NCBI GenBank assembly: GCA_049889915.1
Contig: JBMHCM010000063.1
Location: forward strand, 7,911 to 71,910
Source of the DNA: Parvibaculales bacterium
GTDB lineage: Bacteria; Pseudomonadota; Alphaproteobacteria; RS24
Length of the DNA: 64,000 nucleotides
Direction of reading: 5' to 3'
The stretch's first letter is position 1, and the number at the start of each line of letters is the position of its first letter. This document shows, piece by piece, positions 11,346-22,873 of this stretch. The notes beneath the pieces were generated by a model. The model ran no database searches and was not told the origin of the DNA. It saw nothing but the letters and a program-made list of their open reading frames with translations. Made by a program: the position numbers and the translations under genes.

Positions 11346-11858
11346 CTATCGAGCGGGTGGCGGGGCCGTACGGCCATCGCGCAAATCGGCCAAGCTCAGT
11401 TGCAGGCTGGCCGCCAAGCTGGCCCGCTCATCGGGCGATAAAAACGCCCCGACGGAAACATATTTGCCATGCGATGAGAGGATGAGATTGCCGATCTCCT
11501 CGCCATTTTCGCCAAACCGCTCCAGCTTGACGCGCACCCAATAGGGGTCAAATTGCCAATTACGAATGACGCCCAGCGCATTAACCTGGCTGAACACCAA
11601 ATGATTGTCTTGCATTTTGAGCGTCTCATAACGGCGGCCATAGCGATAATTGAGACGAAACGCGCTATATAGCAAGAACACTTCCAGCCCGAAAAAGCCG
11701 AAAACCGGCCACGCCCCCAGCGACCAGAAATACGCCCCGACCGTGAAGGAAACCGCGGCCACAAAAGCCATCAGCCAAAAAAAGCCGCGCTGCGACAATG
11801 ACATATTGGGACGCAGAACGAGGCTGAAATCAGCCGGCAGAGGAAAGGCTTGGCTCAT
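11346..11858 (-). CDS. DUF2244 family membrane protein
   Basis: LRPNMSL, GAWPVFGFFGLEV, FDPYWVRV, VGAFLSPDER; divergent from nth as in Rhizobiales. Confidence 0.85.
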   Translation of the reverse strand: MSQAFPLPADFSLVLRPNMSLSQRGFFWLMAFVAAVSFTVGAYFWSLGAWPVFGFFGLEVFLLYSAFRLNYRYGRRYETLKMQDNHLVFSQVNALGVIRNWQFDPYWVRVKLERFGENGEEIGNLILSSHGKYVSVGAFLSPDERASLAASLQLSLADLRDGRTAPPPAR

Positions 11859-11977
11859 GGGCGGTAAATTAAGCCGACGGGGCACAGCGACAAGTCGCCA
11901 GATGGTCGCAAGGCGTCTGCCGGTAAATTAGCCCGGCCCCGCTTGCCAAGCCGCCAGTGGCGCGCTAGGTCTCTGAC

Positions 11978-12616
11978 ATGAAAGTGGCTCAGATACCTGA
12001 ATTTTTTGCGCGCCTGTCGGCCGATGATCCAGCTCCGACAACCGAGCTGAATTTCAGCAATCATTTCACGCTTTTGGTGGCGGTGGTGCTGTCGGCGCAA
12101 GCGACCGATAAGGGCGTCAATAAAGCCACTGAAAGCCTGTTCAAACGGGCCGATAATGCCGCCGCCATGGCAGCACTGGGCGAAGACACCATTCGCGAAG
12201 AAATTAAAACCATCGGCCTGTATCGCAATAAAGCAAAAAATGTCCATGCGCTGTCCGTGACCCTGCGTGATGAATTTGACGGCCGCGTGCCGGATGATAT
12301 GGAAACCCTGATGAGCCTGCCGGGGGTCGGACGCAAAACCGCCAATGTGGTGATGAATGAGGCTTTTGGCGTTGCAACTTTCGCGGTCGATACGCATGTT
12401 TTTCGGGTCTCCAACCGCACCGGCATGGCGCCGGGCAAAACCGAATTGGCGGTCGAGAAAAAACTCGACCGCCGCGTGCCCGAGCCCTATCGGCGACACG
12501 CCCATCATTGGTTGATCCTGCATGGCCGCTATGTCTGCTTGGCGCGCAAACCGAAATGCTATAATTGCAATGTCAGTGATTTATGCCGCTATAAACCGAA
12601 AACCGAACACCCTTAA
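11978..12616 (+). CDS. nth: Endonuclease III
   Basis: LSAQATD, HhH motif LPGVGRKTANVV, VDTHVFRV, C-x6-C-x2-C-x5-C Fe-S motif. Confidence 0.97.
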   Translation: MKVAQIPEFFARLSADDPAPTTELNFSNHFTLLVAVVLSAQATDKGVNKATESLFKRADNAAAMAALGEDTIREEIKTIGLYRNKAKNVHALSVTLRDEFDGRVPDDMETLMSLPGVGRKTANVVMNEAFGVATFAVDTHVFRVSNRTGMAPGKTELAVEKKLDRRVPEPYRRHAHHWLILHGRYVCLARKPKCYNCNVSDLCRYKPKTEHP

Positions 12617-12664
12617 ATAGCCATCAGCGTTTACCGCCTGCCTTTGCGTAAAGGAATTGCCTTC

Positions 12665-13723
12665 ATGACCAGCTTCGAGAAACCATCCAACAGCGCCGCT
12701 GACAACGCCTCTAAGACCAATGGCCAACGCATCACCGGCATGGGTGCCGCTCTGGTCGACCTGTTTGCCGATGTCAGCGATGACACATTGGCCGCTTTGG
12801 GCAGTGCTAAAGCTTCTATGGCGTTGATTGACGCCGCGCAATCGGACGCCATGCAGGCCGAGGTCAGCGTGCACACACAACGGCCCGGCGGCTCGGCCGC
12901 CAATTCGATTGCCGGCATGGCCGCTTTGGGCGTGGCCACCGGCTTTGTCGGCAAAACCGGCGATGACGCGCTGGGACAGGTTTTTGCCGATGATTTTGCC
13001 CGCCTCAATGTCGCCTTTCCGCAAAACGCCAATCACGCCGATGGGGCGGCCGACCGGCTGCCGACCGGCCATTGTTTGGTATTGGTGACCCCGGATGCGG
13101 AGCGTACCATGCACACGGTTTTGGGCGCCGCCGTGACCACCGCACCGGATGATTTGGACGCCGATTTATTGTCTGATACGGCGTTGTTTTTCGCCGAGGG
13201 TTATATTTGGGACAGCCCGACCGCCAAGCAGGCTTTTTTACAAGCGGCCGAGAAGGTGCGCGGCCAAGGCGGCAAGGTCGCCTTTTCCTTGGCGGACGGG
13301 TTTTGTGTCGAGCGGCATCATGCCGATTTCATGGCTCTGCTCGACAGCCATATTGATATTGTGCTGGCCAATGAGGCGGAAATCACCGCCCTGTTCGGCT
13401 CTGACGACCCGCAAAACATTGCTCCACTTTTCGCCCAACATAATCTGCTGGGCGCAGTGACCTACGGGGCCGATGGCGCTTATGTGTTTGACGGCGATGA
13501 GATGGCGCATGTGGCGGCGCAAAAAATTGACGATATTGTCGATTTGACCGGCGCCGGCGACCAGTTCGCGGCAGGCTTTTTGGCTGCCTTGCATAGCGGC
13601 AAAAGCCCCGAAAAAGCGGCTGCTACAGGCATTATTGCCGCGTCTGAAGTGATCCGTCATTTCGGGCCGCGCCCGCAAACCGATGTGGCGGCGCAATTGG
13701 CGGCGGCCGGTCTGGCGCTTTAG
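12665..13723 (+). CDS. PfkB family carbohydrate/adenosine kinase
   Basis: GGSAANS, PDAERTM, EGYIWD, DLTGAGDQFAAGFL. Confidence 0.9.
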   Translation: MTSFEKPSNSAADNASKTNGQRITGMGAALVDLFADVSDDTLAALGSAKASMALIDAAQSDAMQAEVSVHTQRPGGSAANSIAGMAALGVATGFVGKTGDDALGQVFADDFARLNVAFPQNANHADGAADRLPTGHCLVLVTPDAERTMHTVLGAAVTTAPDDLDADLLSDTALFFAEGYIWDSPTAKQAFLQAAEKVRGQGGKVAFSLADGFCVERHHADFMALLDSHIDIVLANEAEITALFGSDDPQNIAPLFAQHNLLGAVTYGADGAYVFDGDEMAHVAAQKIDDIVDLTGAGDQFAAGFLAALHSGKSPEKAAATGIIAASEVIRHFGPRPQTDVAAQLAAAGLAL

Positions 13724-13757
13724 CGCCACCCGTTTTCGCGCCACCCCTTTAGCGCAA
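13719..13757. repeat. Degenerate 14-15 bp tandem repeat x3 at the PfkB stop
   Basis: tttagcgccacccgt / tttcgcgccacccc / tttagcgcaa. Confidence 0.7.
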
Positions 13758-13777
13758 CAGGGCGCAGGCCCGAACGG

Positions 13778-14725
13778 TCAGATTTTCCGCAACATCACCC
13801 GGTCGATACGGTGGTCTTCGCCCTTGTGCAGGATAAGGTCGGCACGGCCGCGTGTCGGCAGGATGTTTTCTTGCAGGTTTTTCGAATTGATCCGCGTCCA
13901 AATATCAATGGCGGTGGCTTCCGCCGCCGCATCATCCAATCCGGCATAACGCTGAAAATACGCACCGGGTTGGCGAAAGGCGGTTTGGCGCAATGACATG
14001 AAGCGCTCAACATACCAGCGGCGAATGGTGTCAGCCTCAGCATCGATATAAATCGAAAAGTCGAAATAATCAGACACGAAAGGAATTTCATTGCCTTCTT
14101 CAGCCAGGCTGGCCGGTTGCAACACATTCAGACCTTCGACAATCAGGATATCAGGCTTCGCCACGGTGATTTTATCATCCGGCAAAATATCATAGGCAAT
14201 ATGCGAATAGACCGGCGCATCGGCCTGCGGGCGGCCCGATTTGACATCGGCCAGAAAGCGCCGCAGGCGGCGCAGGTCAAAACTTTCAGGAAACCCTTTG
14301 CGCTGCATGAGCTGGCGCGCCTCCAATTTGGCATTGGGATATAAAAACCCATCCGTGGTGATCAAATCGACTTTCGGATGCGACGGCCAGCGGGCCAGCA
14401 TTTCGCGCAAAATACGCGACGTGGTGCTTTTGCCGACCGCCACCGAGCCGGCAACCCCAATGATAAACGGCACTTTTTGTTCCTTGCCGAGAAACTGATT
14501 GGTCGCGCCATATAGGCCTTGCGCTGCCTCAACATAAAGGCTGAGCAAGCGCGATAAAGGCAGGTAAATTTCTTCCACCTCGGACAGCGACACGGTTTCG
14601 CCCAGGCCGCGCAATTTGGTCAGCTCGGCTTCGGTCAAGGTCAACTCGGCGCCTTTGCGCAATTGCCCCCATTCATCATTGCTGAACTGCCGATAAGGCG
14701 ACACATCTTGCGGCTGCGAAATCAT
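13778..14725 (-). CDS. coaA: Type I pantothenate kinase
   Basis: [42 protein letters not shown]; ATG at 14725. Confidence 0.96.
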   Translation of the reverse strand: MISQPQDVSPYRQFSNDEWGQLRKGAELTLTEAELTKLRGLGETVSLSEVEEIYLPLSRLLSLYVEAAQGLYGATNQFLGKEQKVPFIIGVAGSVAVGKSTTSRILREMLARWPSHPKVDLITTDGFLYPNAKLEARQLMQRKGFPESFDLRRLRRFLADVKSGRPQADAPVYSHIAYDILPDDKITVAKPDILIVEGLNVLQPASLAEEGNEIPFVSDYFDFSIYIDAEADTIRRWYVERFMSLRQTAFRQPGAYFQRYAGLDDAAAEATAIDIWTRINSKNLQENILPTRGRADLILHKGEDHRIDRVMLRKI

Positions 14726-14738
14726 ATTTACCCCAAAC

Positions 14739-15068
14739 TTACGATGTCGATTGTGGCCGCGCCGCTTTTTCGGCCAGACCGGATGTGCCTTGCCGGCGCT
14801 GTAATTCGTCAATCATCTGCGCTGGGGTCAGCCCACGCGCCGCCAACACGACCAGCAAATGATACAGCACATCAGCCGCCTCACCGAGCAGTGCCGCATC
14901 ATCTTCACCAATTGCGGCGAGCGCCGCTTCGACGCCCTCTTCGCCAAGCTTTTTGGCGGCACGCGGCAGGTCAGCCAGCAATTGCGCCGAATAGCTGGTC
15001 GCCGGATCGGCCGCTTTGCGCGCCTCGATCTCGGCAAATAAGGTCTCTATGAAAGCCATCTCGCTCAT
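14739..15068 (-). CDS. hisE: Phosphoribosyl-ATP pyrophosphatase
   Basis: [32 protein letters not shown]. Confidence 0.95.
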   Translation of the reverse strand: MSEMAFIETLFAEIEARKAADPATSYSAQLLADLPRAAKKLGEEGVEAALAAIGEDDAALLGEAADVLYHLLVVLAARGLTPAQMIDELQRRQGTSGLAEKAARPQSTS

Positions 15069-15166
15069 TTTCGTCTCCCCGCTTCAGCCGTAGCGACTTT
15101 TATCGGTAAAAGCAATTCATCCGATTTGTCCGATTGCTGACCCGATCTCCTATATCACCGGTCCCC

Positions 15167-15955
15167 TTAAACAGTCTCAGCGTGCGGCAACCGCACCGAC
15201 AGGCCGGACGCCGCCATCGCCGCTTTGGCCTCGCCAATCGTGTAGGTGCCGAAATGAAATATCGACGCCGCCAAGACCGCACTAGCATGGCCGTCCACCA
15301 CCCCATCGACCAAATGCTGCAACGCGCCGACGCCGCCTGACGCAATCACCGGCACCGGCACCGCATCGGCAATGGCGCGGGTCAGCGGCAAATCAAAACC
15401 CGATTTAGTGCCGTCACGGTCCATGGAGGTAAGCAGAATTTCACCGGCCCCGCGGGCCGCCATATCGCGGGCAAAATCGACCGCCTCAATGCCGGTCGCC
15501 TCGCGCCCGCCATGGGTGAAGATTTCCCAGCGCGGGCCGTTGCTGTCCTCATCAACCTGTTTGGCATCAATGGCTACGACAATACATTGCGCGCCGAATT
15601 TTTCTGACGCCGCCGCAATCACATCCGGATCGCGCACCGCCGCCGTATTGAAAGACACCTTATCGGCACCGGCCAGCAAGAGCCGTCTGACATCATCAAC
15701 CTGGCGCACACCGCCGCCGACCGTCAGCGGCATGAAACATTGCTCAGCCGTGCGGCGCACCACATCCAACAGCGTGTCGCGGCCTTCATGGCTGGCCGAA
15801 ATATCGAGAAAACACAGCTCATCAGCGCCCGCCGCATCATAAGCGCGGGCCGCTTCCACCGGATCACCGGCATCAACCAAATCGACAAAATTAACGCCTT
15901 TGACGACCCGCCCTTCATGTACATCGAGGCAGGGGATGATGCGGGTTTTCAACAT
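15167..15955 (-). CDS. hisF: Imidazole glycerol phosphate synthase cyclase subunit
   Basis: [37 protein letters not shown]. Confidence 0.98.
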   Translation of the reverse strand: MLKTRIIPCLDVHEGRVVKGVNFVDLVDAGDPVEAARAYDAAGADELCFLDISASHEGRDTLLDVVRRTAEQCFMPLTVGGGVRQVDDVRRLLLAGADKVSFNTAAVRDPDVIAAASEKFGAQCIVVAIDAKQVDEDSNGPRWEIFTHGGREATGIEAVDFARDMAARGAGEILLTSMDRDGTKSGFDLPLTRAIADAVPVPVIASGGVGALQHLVDGVVDGHASAVLAASIFHFGTYTIGEAKAAMAASGLSVRLPHAETV

Positions 15956-16692
15956 TACACCACCCCGTCTATGGCCAAGGCGGCCGCTGCATCAAGCCGC
16001 CCATCATATAAGGCGCGGCCGGAAATGGCCCCGACAATACCGTCGGCCGCATGCGGCAACAGGGCTTTCACATCGTCAAGGCCGGCCAGCCCGCCGGAGG
16101 CAATAACCGGAATGGATGTGGCCTGCGCCAGTGCCACTGTGGCTTGCACATTGACGCCTTTCAACAAACCGTCGCGGTCAATATCGGTGTAAATCAACGC
16201 CGCTACACCGGCATCTTCAAACCGCGCCGCCAATTCGCTGACTTGCATTTCACTGGCTTCGGCCCAGCCTTCAACGGCGACGAAACCGCCGCGCGCATCA
16301 ATGCCGACAGCAATGCGGTCGGGAAATTCTTTACAAGCGGCAATCACCAAATCAGGGTCGCGCAAAGCGGCCGTGCCCAAAATCACCCGACCGATACCTG
16401 CCGTCAGCCATGCTTCAATGGTCGCCATATCGCGAATGCCGCCACCCAATTGAGTGCGCGCCGGACTGGCTTTGACAATCGCCTCAACGGCCGCCCGATT
16501 GACCGGGGCACCGGCAAAGGCGCCGTCCAAATCGACAATGTGCAAATGCGAAAAGCCTTGTTCGGCAAAAGCGCGGGCTTGCGCGGCCGGGTTGTCGTTA
16601 AAAATCGTTGCGCGCTGCATATCGCCTTGCTCGAGCCGCACACATTGGCCGTCTTTCAAATCAATCGCCGGAAACAGGATCATGGCCGCCAC
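15955..16692 (-). CDS. hisA: ProFAR isomerase
   Basis: [35 protein letters not shown]; start at 16692 or 16683. Confidence 0.97.
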   Translation of the reverse strand: MAAMILFPAIDLKDGQCVRLEQGDMQRATIFNDNPAAQARAFAEQGFSHLHIVDLDGAFAGAPVNRAAVEAIVKASPARTQLGGGIRDMATIEAWLTAGIGRVILGTAALRDPDLVIAACKEFPDRIAVGIDARGGFVAVEGWAEASEMQVSELAARFEDAGVAALIYTDIDRDGLLKGVNVQATVALAQATSIPVIASGGLAGLDDVKALLPHAADGIVGAISGRALYDGRLDAAAALAIDGVV

Positions 16693-17306
16693 TCCAAAAA
16701 ATTGCCGATAAGCTGCAGCCCGGCCTGCTGACTTTTTTCCGGGTGAAATTGCGTGCCGACCATATTGTCGCGCGCCAAAGCGGCCACCAGCTCTGCGCCA
16801 TAGCTTACCGTCGCGGCAATGTCGCGTGTCGGGGTGACATCCGTTGCGGCAAAGCCATGCACGAAATACATATCCGCCCCGTCCAGCCCGTCAAAAACCG
16901 CATGCGGTCGGCTCAGCGCCAAATTATTCCAGCCCATATGCGGCACTTTCAGCGGTGCCGCAACAGGCAACGGACGCACCTCGGCGTCAAACCAGCCAAG
17001 CCCGTCAAACCGACCGCGCTCAACGCCCAGCCGACACATTAATTGCAGGCCGACACAAATGCCGAGAAATGGTTGGCCTTTTTCAATGACCGCTTCATTG
17101 AGCGCTTGCCACATGCCGTCAATCGCTTGCAGCCCGGCCAGACAATCGCCAAAGGCACCGACACCGGGCAGGATGATATGTTCGGCGCGCGCAACCACCT
17201 CCGGGTCTTGCGTCAACACGACATCGCGACCGCCCGCCATATGCGCCACGGCCTTTTGCGCCGAGCGCAAATTGCCCGAGCCATAATCAATAATTGCAAT
17301 ACTCAT
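16680..17306 (-). CDS. hisH: Imidazole glycerol phosphate synthase glutaminase subunit
   Basis: [37 protein letters not shown]. Confidence 0.97.
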   Translation of the reverse strand: MSIAIIDYGSGNLRSAQKAVAHMAGGRDVVLTQDPEVVARAEHIILPGVGAFGDCLAGLQAIDGMWQALNEAVIEKGQPFLGICVGLQLMCRLGVERGRFDGLGWFDAEVRPLPVAAPLKVPHMGWNNLALSRPHAVFDGLDGADMYFVHGFAATDVTPTRDIAATVSYGAELVAALARDNMVGTQFHPEKSQQAGLQLIGNFLEWRP

Positions 17307-17317
17307 AATGGCGCCCG

Positions 17318-17920
17318 TCAGCTGCCCAACACGCCCTTAGTCGAGGGCACCGCATCGGCCTTGCGCGGGTCAATATCAATGGCTTGGCGCAAAGCGCGCG
17401 CCAGCGCTTTGTAACAGCTCTCAACAATATGGTGATTGTTTTCGCCATACATATTTTCAACATGCAGGGTAATGCCGGCCGCTTGCGCAAAAGCCTGGAA
17501 CCATTCCTTGAACAATTCCGTGTCCATATCGCCCAGTTTGGGCTTGCTGAAATCGACCTGCCAAATCAGATAGGGGCGTTGCGAGACATCCAAAGACACA
17601 CGCGTGCAGGTTTCATCCATCGGGATGATGGCATTGCCATAGCGCACCAGTCCTTTGAAATCGCCCAAAGCTTGCCGCACCGCTTCGCCCAACACTATGC
17701 CGGTATCCTCAGTGGTGTGGTGAAAATCAATGTACAAATCGCCCTTGGCGCGCAAGGTGATATCGATCAATGAGTGGCGCGATAACTGCTCCAGCATATG
17801 GTCAAGAAAGCCAATACCGGTGGCAATATCATAGCTGCCGGTGCCATCGAGATTGACGCTGACTTCAATCTCGGTTTCCTTGGTGCTGCGGGCGCTGGAG
17901 GCGATACGCGGCTCAGACAT
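17318..17920 (-). CDS. hisB: Imidazoleglycerol-phosphate dehydratase
   Basis: [37 protein letters not shown]. Confidence 0.98.
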   Translation of the reverse strand: MSEPRIASSARSTKETEIEVSVNLDGTGSYDIATGIGFLDHMLEQLSRHSLIDITLRAKGDLYIDFHHTTEDTGIVLGEAVRQALGDFKGLVRYGNAIIPMDETCTRVSLDVSQRPYLIWQVDFSKPKLGDMDTELFKEWFQAFAQAAGITLHVENMYGENNHHIVESCYKALARALRQAIDIDPRKADAVPSTKGVLGS

Positions 17921-18030
17921 GAGGGCTTCCTTTCCATGCGCGGTCGGGTTTTCAACCGACCGCTAAATCAGTGCGCCCTTTGTAGCAAAATGCGCCCCGC
18001 TTTCAAAGCCTTACAACACCCTTCAGAGCC

Positions 18031-18639
18031 CTATAAAGAGCGGCCGGTTTGTGGCGATGCGGCCTTGCGCAGCCGCAAATAAAACGCCCCGCCGCCGCCA
18101 TGGCTTGGATTGGCCGCCTCATATTCCACCACATGACGGGCCAATTGCGGCTCGGCCAGCCAGCCCGACAAGCTTTGCCGCAACACGCCCTCACCACGCG
18201 CCCCCTTACCGGTAATCACCAACACCCAAACATGGCCGCGCCCGACATGATGGGTAATAAAACCGAGCAGAGCGGCCCGCGCTTCCATCGCCGTCATGCC
18301 GTGCAAATCTAGGCGACCATCGAGGCTGATGGTGCCGCGGCCCAAACGGCGTTTGGCTTTTTGTTCAATATGCGGCTTGGGCGGCAATTTCGGCGCAGGC
18401 TTGGCAGATGCTTTTGCCGGGCCTGTTGATTTTGCGGTAACCGGCGATGCTGGTCTTGGTGCCCCGCTCGGTGCCGGTTTTTTTGCCGCTTTGTCGGTTT
18501 TTTCCGCCAGGCCGGTATGGCGGTTGCGTTGCGCCGCCGTCAGCGGTGTAGCATCGGCCTGCACGCGCGACCAAGCGACACTGCCTTCTTTATCGGCAGC
18601 TTGCCGGTCGGTTGTATTCGGTTTTTTGCCTTTGGCCAT
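18031..18639 (-). CDS. Smr/MutS2 C-terminal domain protein
   Basis: LDLHGMT, LVITGKG, HGGGGAFY. Confidence 0.9.
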   Translation of the reverse strand: MAKGKKPNTTDRQAADKEGSVAWSRVQADATPLTAAQRNRHTGLAEKTDKAAKKPAPSGAPRPASPVTAKSTGPAKASAKPAPKLPPKPHIEQKAKRRLGRGTISLDGRLDLHGMTAMEARAALLGFITHHVGRGHVWVLVITGKGARGEGVLRQSLSGWLAEPQLARHVVEYEAANPSHGGGGAFYLRLRKAASPQTGRSL

Positions 18640-18656
18640 AAGACAAGGCCTTTTGC

Positions 18657-19385
18657 TTATGCCGCTTGGGTGGCGACCAATTGCCAATTCGGGTCGCGGC
18701 TGGCCAAGGGCTGCTCAAATACCCAGACATCATGCACCGTATTGGGGGCCGGCAGATTATCTTCATCGACCGATGCATCAGCGGCATGGGTGAAACTGAT
18801 AATTTCGGCACGAAACCGGACATCGAGTTGCACCAAGCCGTTTTCAATGCGCGCATCTTCTAAAGCCGGACGGTCGAGCCGCAGGATTTGCGTGGCCAGA
18901 CGCTGATTGGCGTCTTGCCGCGCTGCAATGGCGGCGGCGAACCCGTCAGCCACATCATCGGCCAAAAAGCCGCGCACCGGCGACAAATCATCATTGGCAA
19001 AAGCGGTCAGGATCATCTCATAAGCCTTGCCGGCACCGTCCAAAAACGCCGCTTCATCAAATTGCGGTTTCACCTCGCGCAAATAGGCCAGGCCGCGTCC
19101 TTCAACCGCTTCATCAGACATATCTGCCTGCGCTGCTTGTGCCACTTGCGGCGGCACTTCTTCAGTCGCCGGTTGCGGCGGCGACGGCTCTTCTTGCGCC
19201 TGTTCTGCCTCTTGCGGCGCCGCCGGCCGGTCGGCCTTTTGATTATCAAAGGCATCGCGGTTGAGGCGATAGGCATTGGCCCGCGAGCCCGGCTGTTCAT
19301 CATCATTGCGGGTGCCCAAAACCGAGCGCAATTTCAGCCCGATCAATACGACCACAATCAACAGGATTAAATTCAGCGGATCCAT
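18657..19385 (-). CDS. Tim44/TimA family membrane-anchored protein
   Basis: N-terminal TM followed by LRSVLGTR, FL.GA.KAYEMILTAF, DVWVF...DPNWQLVAT. Confidence 0.92.
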   Translation of the reverse strand: MDPLNLILLIVVVLIGLKLRSVLGTRNDDEQPGSRANAYRLNRDAFDNQKADRPAAPQEAEQAQEEPSPPQPATEEVPPQVAQAAQADMSDEAVEGRGLAYLREVKPQFDEAAFLDGAGKAYEMILTAFANDDLSPVRGFLADDVADGFAAAIAARQDANQRLATQILRLDRPALEDARIENGLVQLDVRFRAEIISFTHAADASVDEDNLPAPNTVHDVWVFEQPLASRDPNWQLVATQAA

Positions 19386-19510
19386 AGCACCGTCCTTTAT
19401 CTTTGCTCTCTTGGTTATATGACCATTTTGCGCGAAATTGCAAAGCGCTGGCCTTTATCGACGACTGCGTTATGCTGGCGCAGCTTAGCGGATGTGAAAG
19501 AGAGGGCCCC

Positions 19511-19975
19511 ATGTGGCTTTTACTGGTGCTGATCGGCCTGCCGGCTGTGGAAATTTATCTGTTCATAGAAGTCGGCGGCGCACTGGGCGCCGGATGGACG
19601 CTGCTTTTGATTGTTTTGACCGGCCTGTGGGGCGTGCATGCCATGCGGCTGCAAGGCCTTACCGTTTTGGCCGAGGCGCAAGCCGCGCAAGCAGCCGGTC
19701 GCCCGCCCTTGGGGGCCGTCGTCCATGGGGTGCTGATTTTGGCGGCCGGTGTGATGCTGGTAATACCGGGATTTTTCACCGATATGCTGGGCTTTTTGCT
19801 GATGCTGAAGCCGGTTCGCAGCTTGCTGCTGGAAAGCCTGTTGGCGGCACTGCTGCCGCAAATCATGCGCGGCTTTGCCGCCCGCCGCGGCGCAGCGGCA
19901 TCAAAAGATGACCTACCGCCCGGCGTCATTGAGGGCGATTACCGCGTTGAAGATGATGACGCGCCCCGCAGCTAA
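19511..19975 (+). CDS. fxsA: FxsA family membrane protein
   Basis: EIYLFIEVGG, LVIPGFFTD..G, C-terminal VIEGDY. Confidence 0.92.
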   Translation: MWLLLVLIGLPAVEIYLFIEVGGALGAGWTLLLIVLTGLWGVHAMRLQGLTVLAEAQAAQAAGRPPLGAVVHGVLILAAGVMLVIPGFFTDMLGFLLMLKPVRSLLLESLLAALLPQIMRGFAARRGAAASKDDLPPGVIEGDYRVEDDDAPRS

Positions 19976-20008
19976 CCCCAAAGCTAAGCCCCACATCTAA
20001 GCCCTGCA
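19971..20008. repeat. Degenerate 12-13 bp tandem repeat x3 at the fxsA stop
   Basis: gctaaccccaaa / gctaagccccaca / tctaagccctgca. Confidence 0.7.
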
Positions 20009-20087
20009 TTGGCGACAAATTTATGATGGGCAGGGCGTCAAATAAGGCTAAAAGAGAAACACGGTTACCACTGAAAAGGATTGAGAG

Positions 20088-20576
20088 ATGAGCGAGACAG
20101 ACCAGCAAAATGCCGAGCAAGCCGCCCCCGGCCTGCAAATTATGGTGCAATATGTCCGCGATTTATCTTTTGAAAACCCCGGCGCGCCGAATTTCGGTTC
20201 CGGCGACAATCCCGGCATAAATGTCGAAGCCAATGTTGGGGCGCGTAAATTATCCGACACCGATTATGAAGTCGGGTTGAAATTTCGCGTTGAGGCCGGC
20301 CATGGCGAGGACGACAGCAAAACCGTGCAATTTATTGCCGAATTGGAATATTGCGGTGTGTTCCGCCTGCTGAATATTGACGAAGCCGATATTCGTCCGG
20401 TGCTGCTGATAGAAGCGCCACGCCAGCTCTTCCCCTTTGCCCGCCGTGTTTTGGCCGATGCCACGCGCGATGGCGGCTACCCGCCAATTATGCTCGACCC
20501 GATTGATTTTCTGGCCCTTTATCAGCAGGGCGAAGCGCGCGCCGCTGAAGGGGCGGACGCCAACAGCGTCAATTAA
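20088..20576 (+). CDS. secB: Protein-export chaperone SecB
   Basis: QYVRDLSFENP, LFPFAR, GGYPPIMLDPIDF.ALY. Confidence 0.96.
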   Translation: MSETDQQNAEQAAPGLQIMVQYVRDLSFENPGAPNFGSGDNPGINVEANVGARKLSDTDYEVGLKFRVEAGHGEDDSKTVQFIAELEYCGVFRLLNIDEADIRPVLLIEAPRQLFPFARRVLADATRDGGYPPIMLDPIDFLALYQQGEARAAEGADANSVN

Positions 20577-20596
20577 TCAGCTTTTCAGGCCGCCCA

Positions 20597-21343
20597 TTAG
20601 GCGCTGCCATCCTCGCTGAGCCACAGCGCCCGCTGCGGCAGATTTTCAAGAAACCGGCGATGCGCCTCTTGCTCGGCCGCACTGAGGCGGGCAGGCAATT
20701 TTTCCGGCCGTCTTTTTTGCGGTGGCCGATTGTGCCGCGCCGTGCCGACAGCCGTGCCGGTGGCCGCCCCGACGCCTTGTTTTGACGCTTCTTGTGCCGC
20801 GTCGGTTTTTGCCGCAAACACCAAGCCGGGCTGGCGACCGCCGGATAATTCCAAATACACACCGGCCAGCAATTCGCTATCCAACAGCGCGCCATGCAAG
20901 TCACGGCCGGAATTATCGACCCCGAAGCGGCGGCATAGCGCGTCCAATGTGGCCGGCGCGCCGGGAAATTTTTGCCGCGCCAGCTTTAACGTATCAATGA
21001 CCTTATGCGCGGTCAGCGGCGCGCGCCCGCAGGCCTGCAATTCGGCATTGATAAATTTCATATCAAAATCGGCATTATGGGCAATCAGCGGCGCATCGCC
21101 GATAAACGCCAAAAACCCGTCAACCACATCGGCAAAAAGCGGCTTATCCGATAAAAATGCGGCACTTAAGCCGTGCACCGCTTCCGCCTCGGCCGGCATG
21201 TCGCGCTCAGGGTTGAGATAAACGTGAAATGCTTCACCACTGGGCAGTCGATTGACCAATTCCAAACAACCGATTTCAACCACCCGATCGCCACTGGCCG
21301 GGTCAAGCCCTGTGGTTTCCGTATCAAAGACAATCTCGCGCAT
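20597..21343 (-). CDS. dnaQ: DNA polymerase III epsilon subunit
   Basis: [33 protein letters not shown]. Confidence 0.97.
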   Translation of the reverse strand: MREIVFDTETTGLDPASGDRVVEIGCLELVNRLPSGEAFHVYLNPERDMPAEAEAVHGLSAAFLSDKPLFADVVDGFLAFIGDAPLIAHNADFDMKFINAELQACGRAPLTAHKVIDTLKLARQKFPGAPATLDALCRRFGVDNSGRDLHGALLDSELLAGVYLELSGGRQPGLVFAAKTDAAQEASKQGVGAATGTAVGTARHNRPPQKRRPEKLPARLSAAEQEAHRRFLENLPQRALWLSEDGSA

Positions 21344-21374
21344 AATGTACCCCGACTTTTCGGTGCTGTTGTGC

Positions 21375-22022
21375 CTATTGTTTTTTGAGCGCCGCTTCGG
21401 CCCGCTCAAGCCGCGCCGCCAAAGCCGTGCCCTCGCGACCCCTCACGGCTTGTAAAATAGCACGCACTTGCCGGTGCGCGTCTTCCACCGAAACCGAGCT
21501 GTCCACAATAAAATCAGCCTGTTGCCGCTTATCGGCATCCGGCATTTGCTTGGCCAGAATATCGGCCAACCGCTCTTCGCTCATGCCGGGGCGCGCCAAC
21601 ACGCGTTGTTTTTGCAGCTCATAAGGCGCCGAGACAACCACTGTGCAATCGACAAAACCGTCACCGCCGGTTTCAAACAAAAGCGGAATATCCAGCACTG
21701 CTTGCGCCGCCCCTTTGGCCATGGCGTCTTGCAAAAAACTGCTTTGGGAAGCACCCGCCAGCGGGTACACAATGGCCTCCAATTGTTTCAACTTATCGGC
21801 GTCTTTCAACACATGCTGGCCGAGAATGGCGCGGTCCACCGCGCCATCAACCACCGCTTGTGGCACCAGCGCACCGATTGGCGCCACCGCCGCGCCGCCT
21901 TTGGCATAAAGCGCATGCACCGCCGCATCGGCATCATAAACCGGCACGCCCTCTTCGGCGAAAAGCGAGGCGGTCAGGCTTTTGCCCATACCGATCGAGC
22001 CGGTCAATCCAATCAAATACAT
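21375..22022 (-). CDS. coaE: Dephospho-CoA kinase
   Basis: [26 protein letters not shown]. Confidence 0.96.
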   Translation of the reverse strand: MYLIGLTGSIGMGKSLTASLFAEEGVPVYDADAAVHALYAKGGAAVAPIGALVPQAVVDGAVDRAILGQHVLKDADKLKQLEAIVYPLAGASQSSFLQDAMAKGAAQAVLDIPLLFETGGDGFVDCTVVVSAPYELQKQRVLARPGMSEERLADILAKQMPDADKRQQADFIVDSSVSVEDAHRQVRAILQAVRGREGTALAARLERAEAALKKQ

Positions 22023-22033
22023 TTTCTGTCCTT

Positions 22034-22873
22034 CTATGTGGTTAAATCGGCGACCAGCCTGTCGCGCAAAGCGGCGCTTACATGCGGGCGGTGACCGAAC
22101 CAAATCTCAAACGCCAAAGCCGCCTGGTGCAACAGCATGCCCAAGCCGTCGACCGCGACCAGACCGGCCGCCCCGGCCCATGCCAATAAATCGGTTTGCA
22201 GCGGCGTGTAAACAATATCACTGACCATCGCCCGCGGCGCCAAACCGGCAAGAGGCATATCCAACGGGGCGGCGCCCTGCATGCCGAGGCTGGTTGTGTT
22301 GACCAATAAATGACACCCCGCGGACAGGGCGGCACGATCATCCCAATCATGCACGCTTACCTTATCGCTCAACCCCTGCAATGCTTCGGCGCGGGCGCGG
22401 GTGCGATTGACCAAGCGAATTTCCGGCACGCCGGCTTCCGCCAAGGCGACAATAATGGCGCGGGCTGCGCCACCGGCCCCCAAAAGCAAGACCGGATGAT
22501 GCCGCCATGCATGGTCAGCTTCAGCTTCGTCAAGGCCGGCGATAAAACCGGCGCCATCCGTATTGTGGCCAATCAGCCGTCCGTCTTGAAAGGCTATCGT
22601 ATTGACCGCACCCAATCTTTGCGCTGCCGCATCCAATTCATCCATTGCTTGAAAAGCGTTTTCCTTATGCGGAATGGTGACATTGGCCCCGATATAACCG
22701 TCTTCGGCCATACGCCTTAAGGCCGCGGCAAAATCATTGGCCGGGTCTATCGGGCAGCGCTCATAGTGGCCGGGCCGTCCGGCCTCAGCCAACCAATGAT
22801 TATGAATTAAAGGCGAGCGTGAATGGCTGACCGGCCAGCCGATAATGCCGATCCGCGGGGCAGCGACGCTCAT
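22034..22873 (-). CDS. aroE: Shikimate dehydrogenase
   Basis: HSRSPLIH, GANVTIPHK, GAVNT, NTDG, GAGGAAR, DGLGML. Confidence 0.96.
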   Translation of the reverse strand: MSVAAPRIGIIGWPVSHSRSPLIHNHWLAEAGRPGHYERCPIDPANDFAAALRRMAEDGYIGANVTIPHKENAFQAMDELDAAAQRLGAVNTIAFQDGRLIGHNTDGAGFIAGLDEAEADHAWRHHPVLLLGAGGAARAIIVALAEAGVPEIRLVNRTRARAEALQGLSDKVSVHDWDDRAALSAGCHLLVNTTSLGMQGAAPLDMPLAGLAPRAMVSDIVYTPLQTDLLAWAGAAGLVAVDGLGMLLHQAALAFEIWFGHRPHVSAALRDRLVADLTT

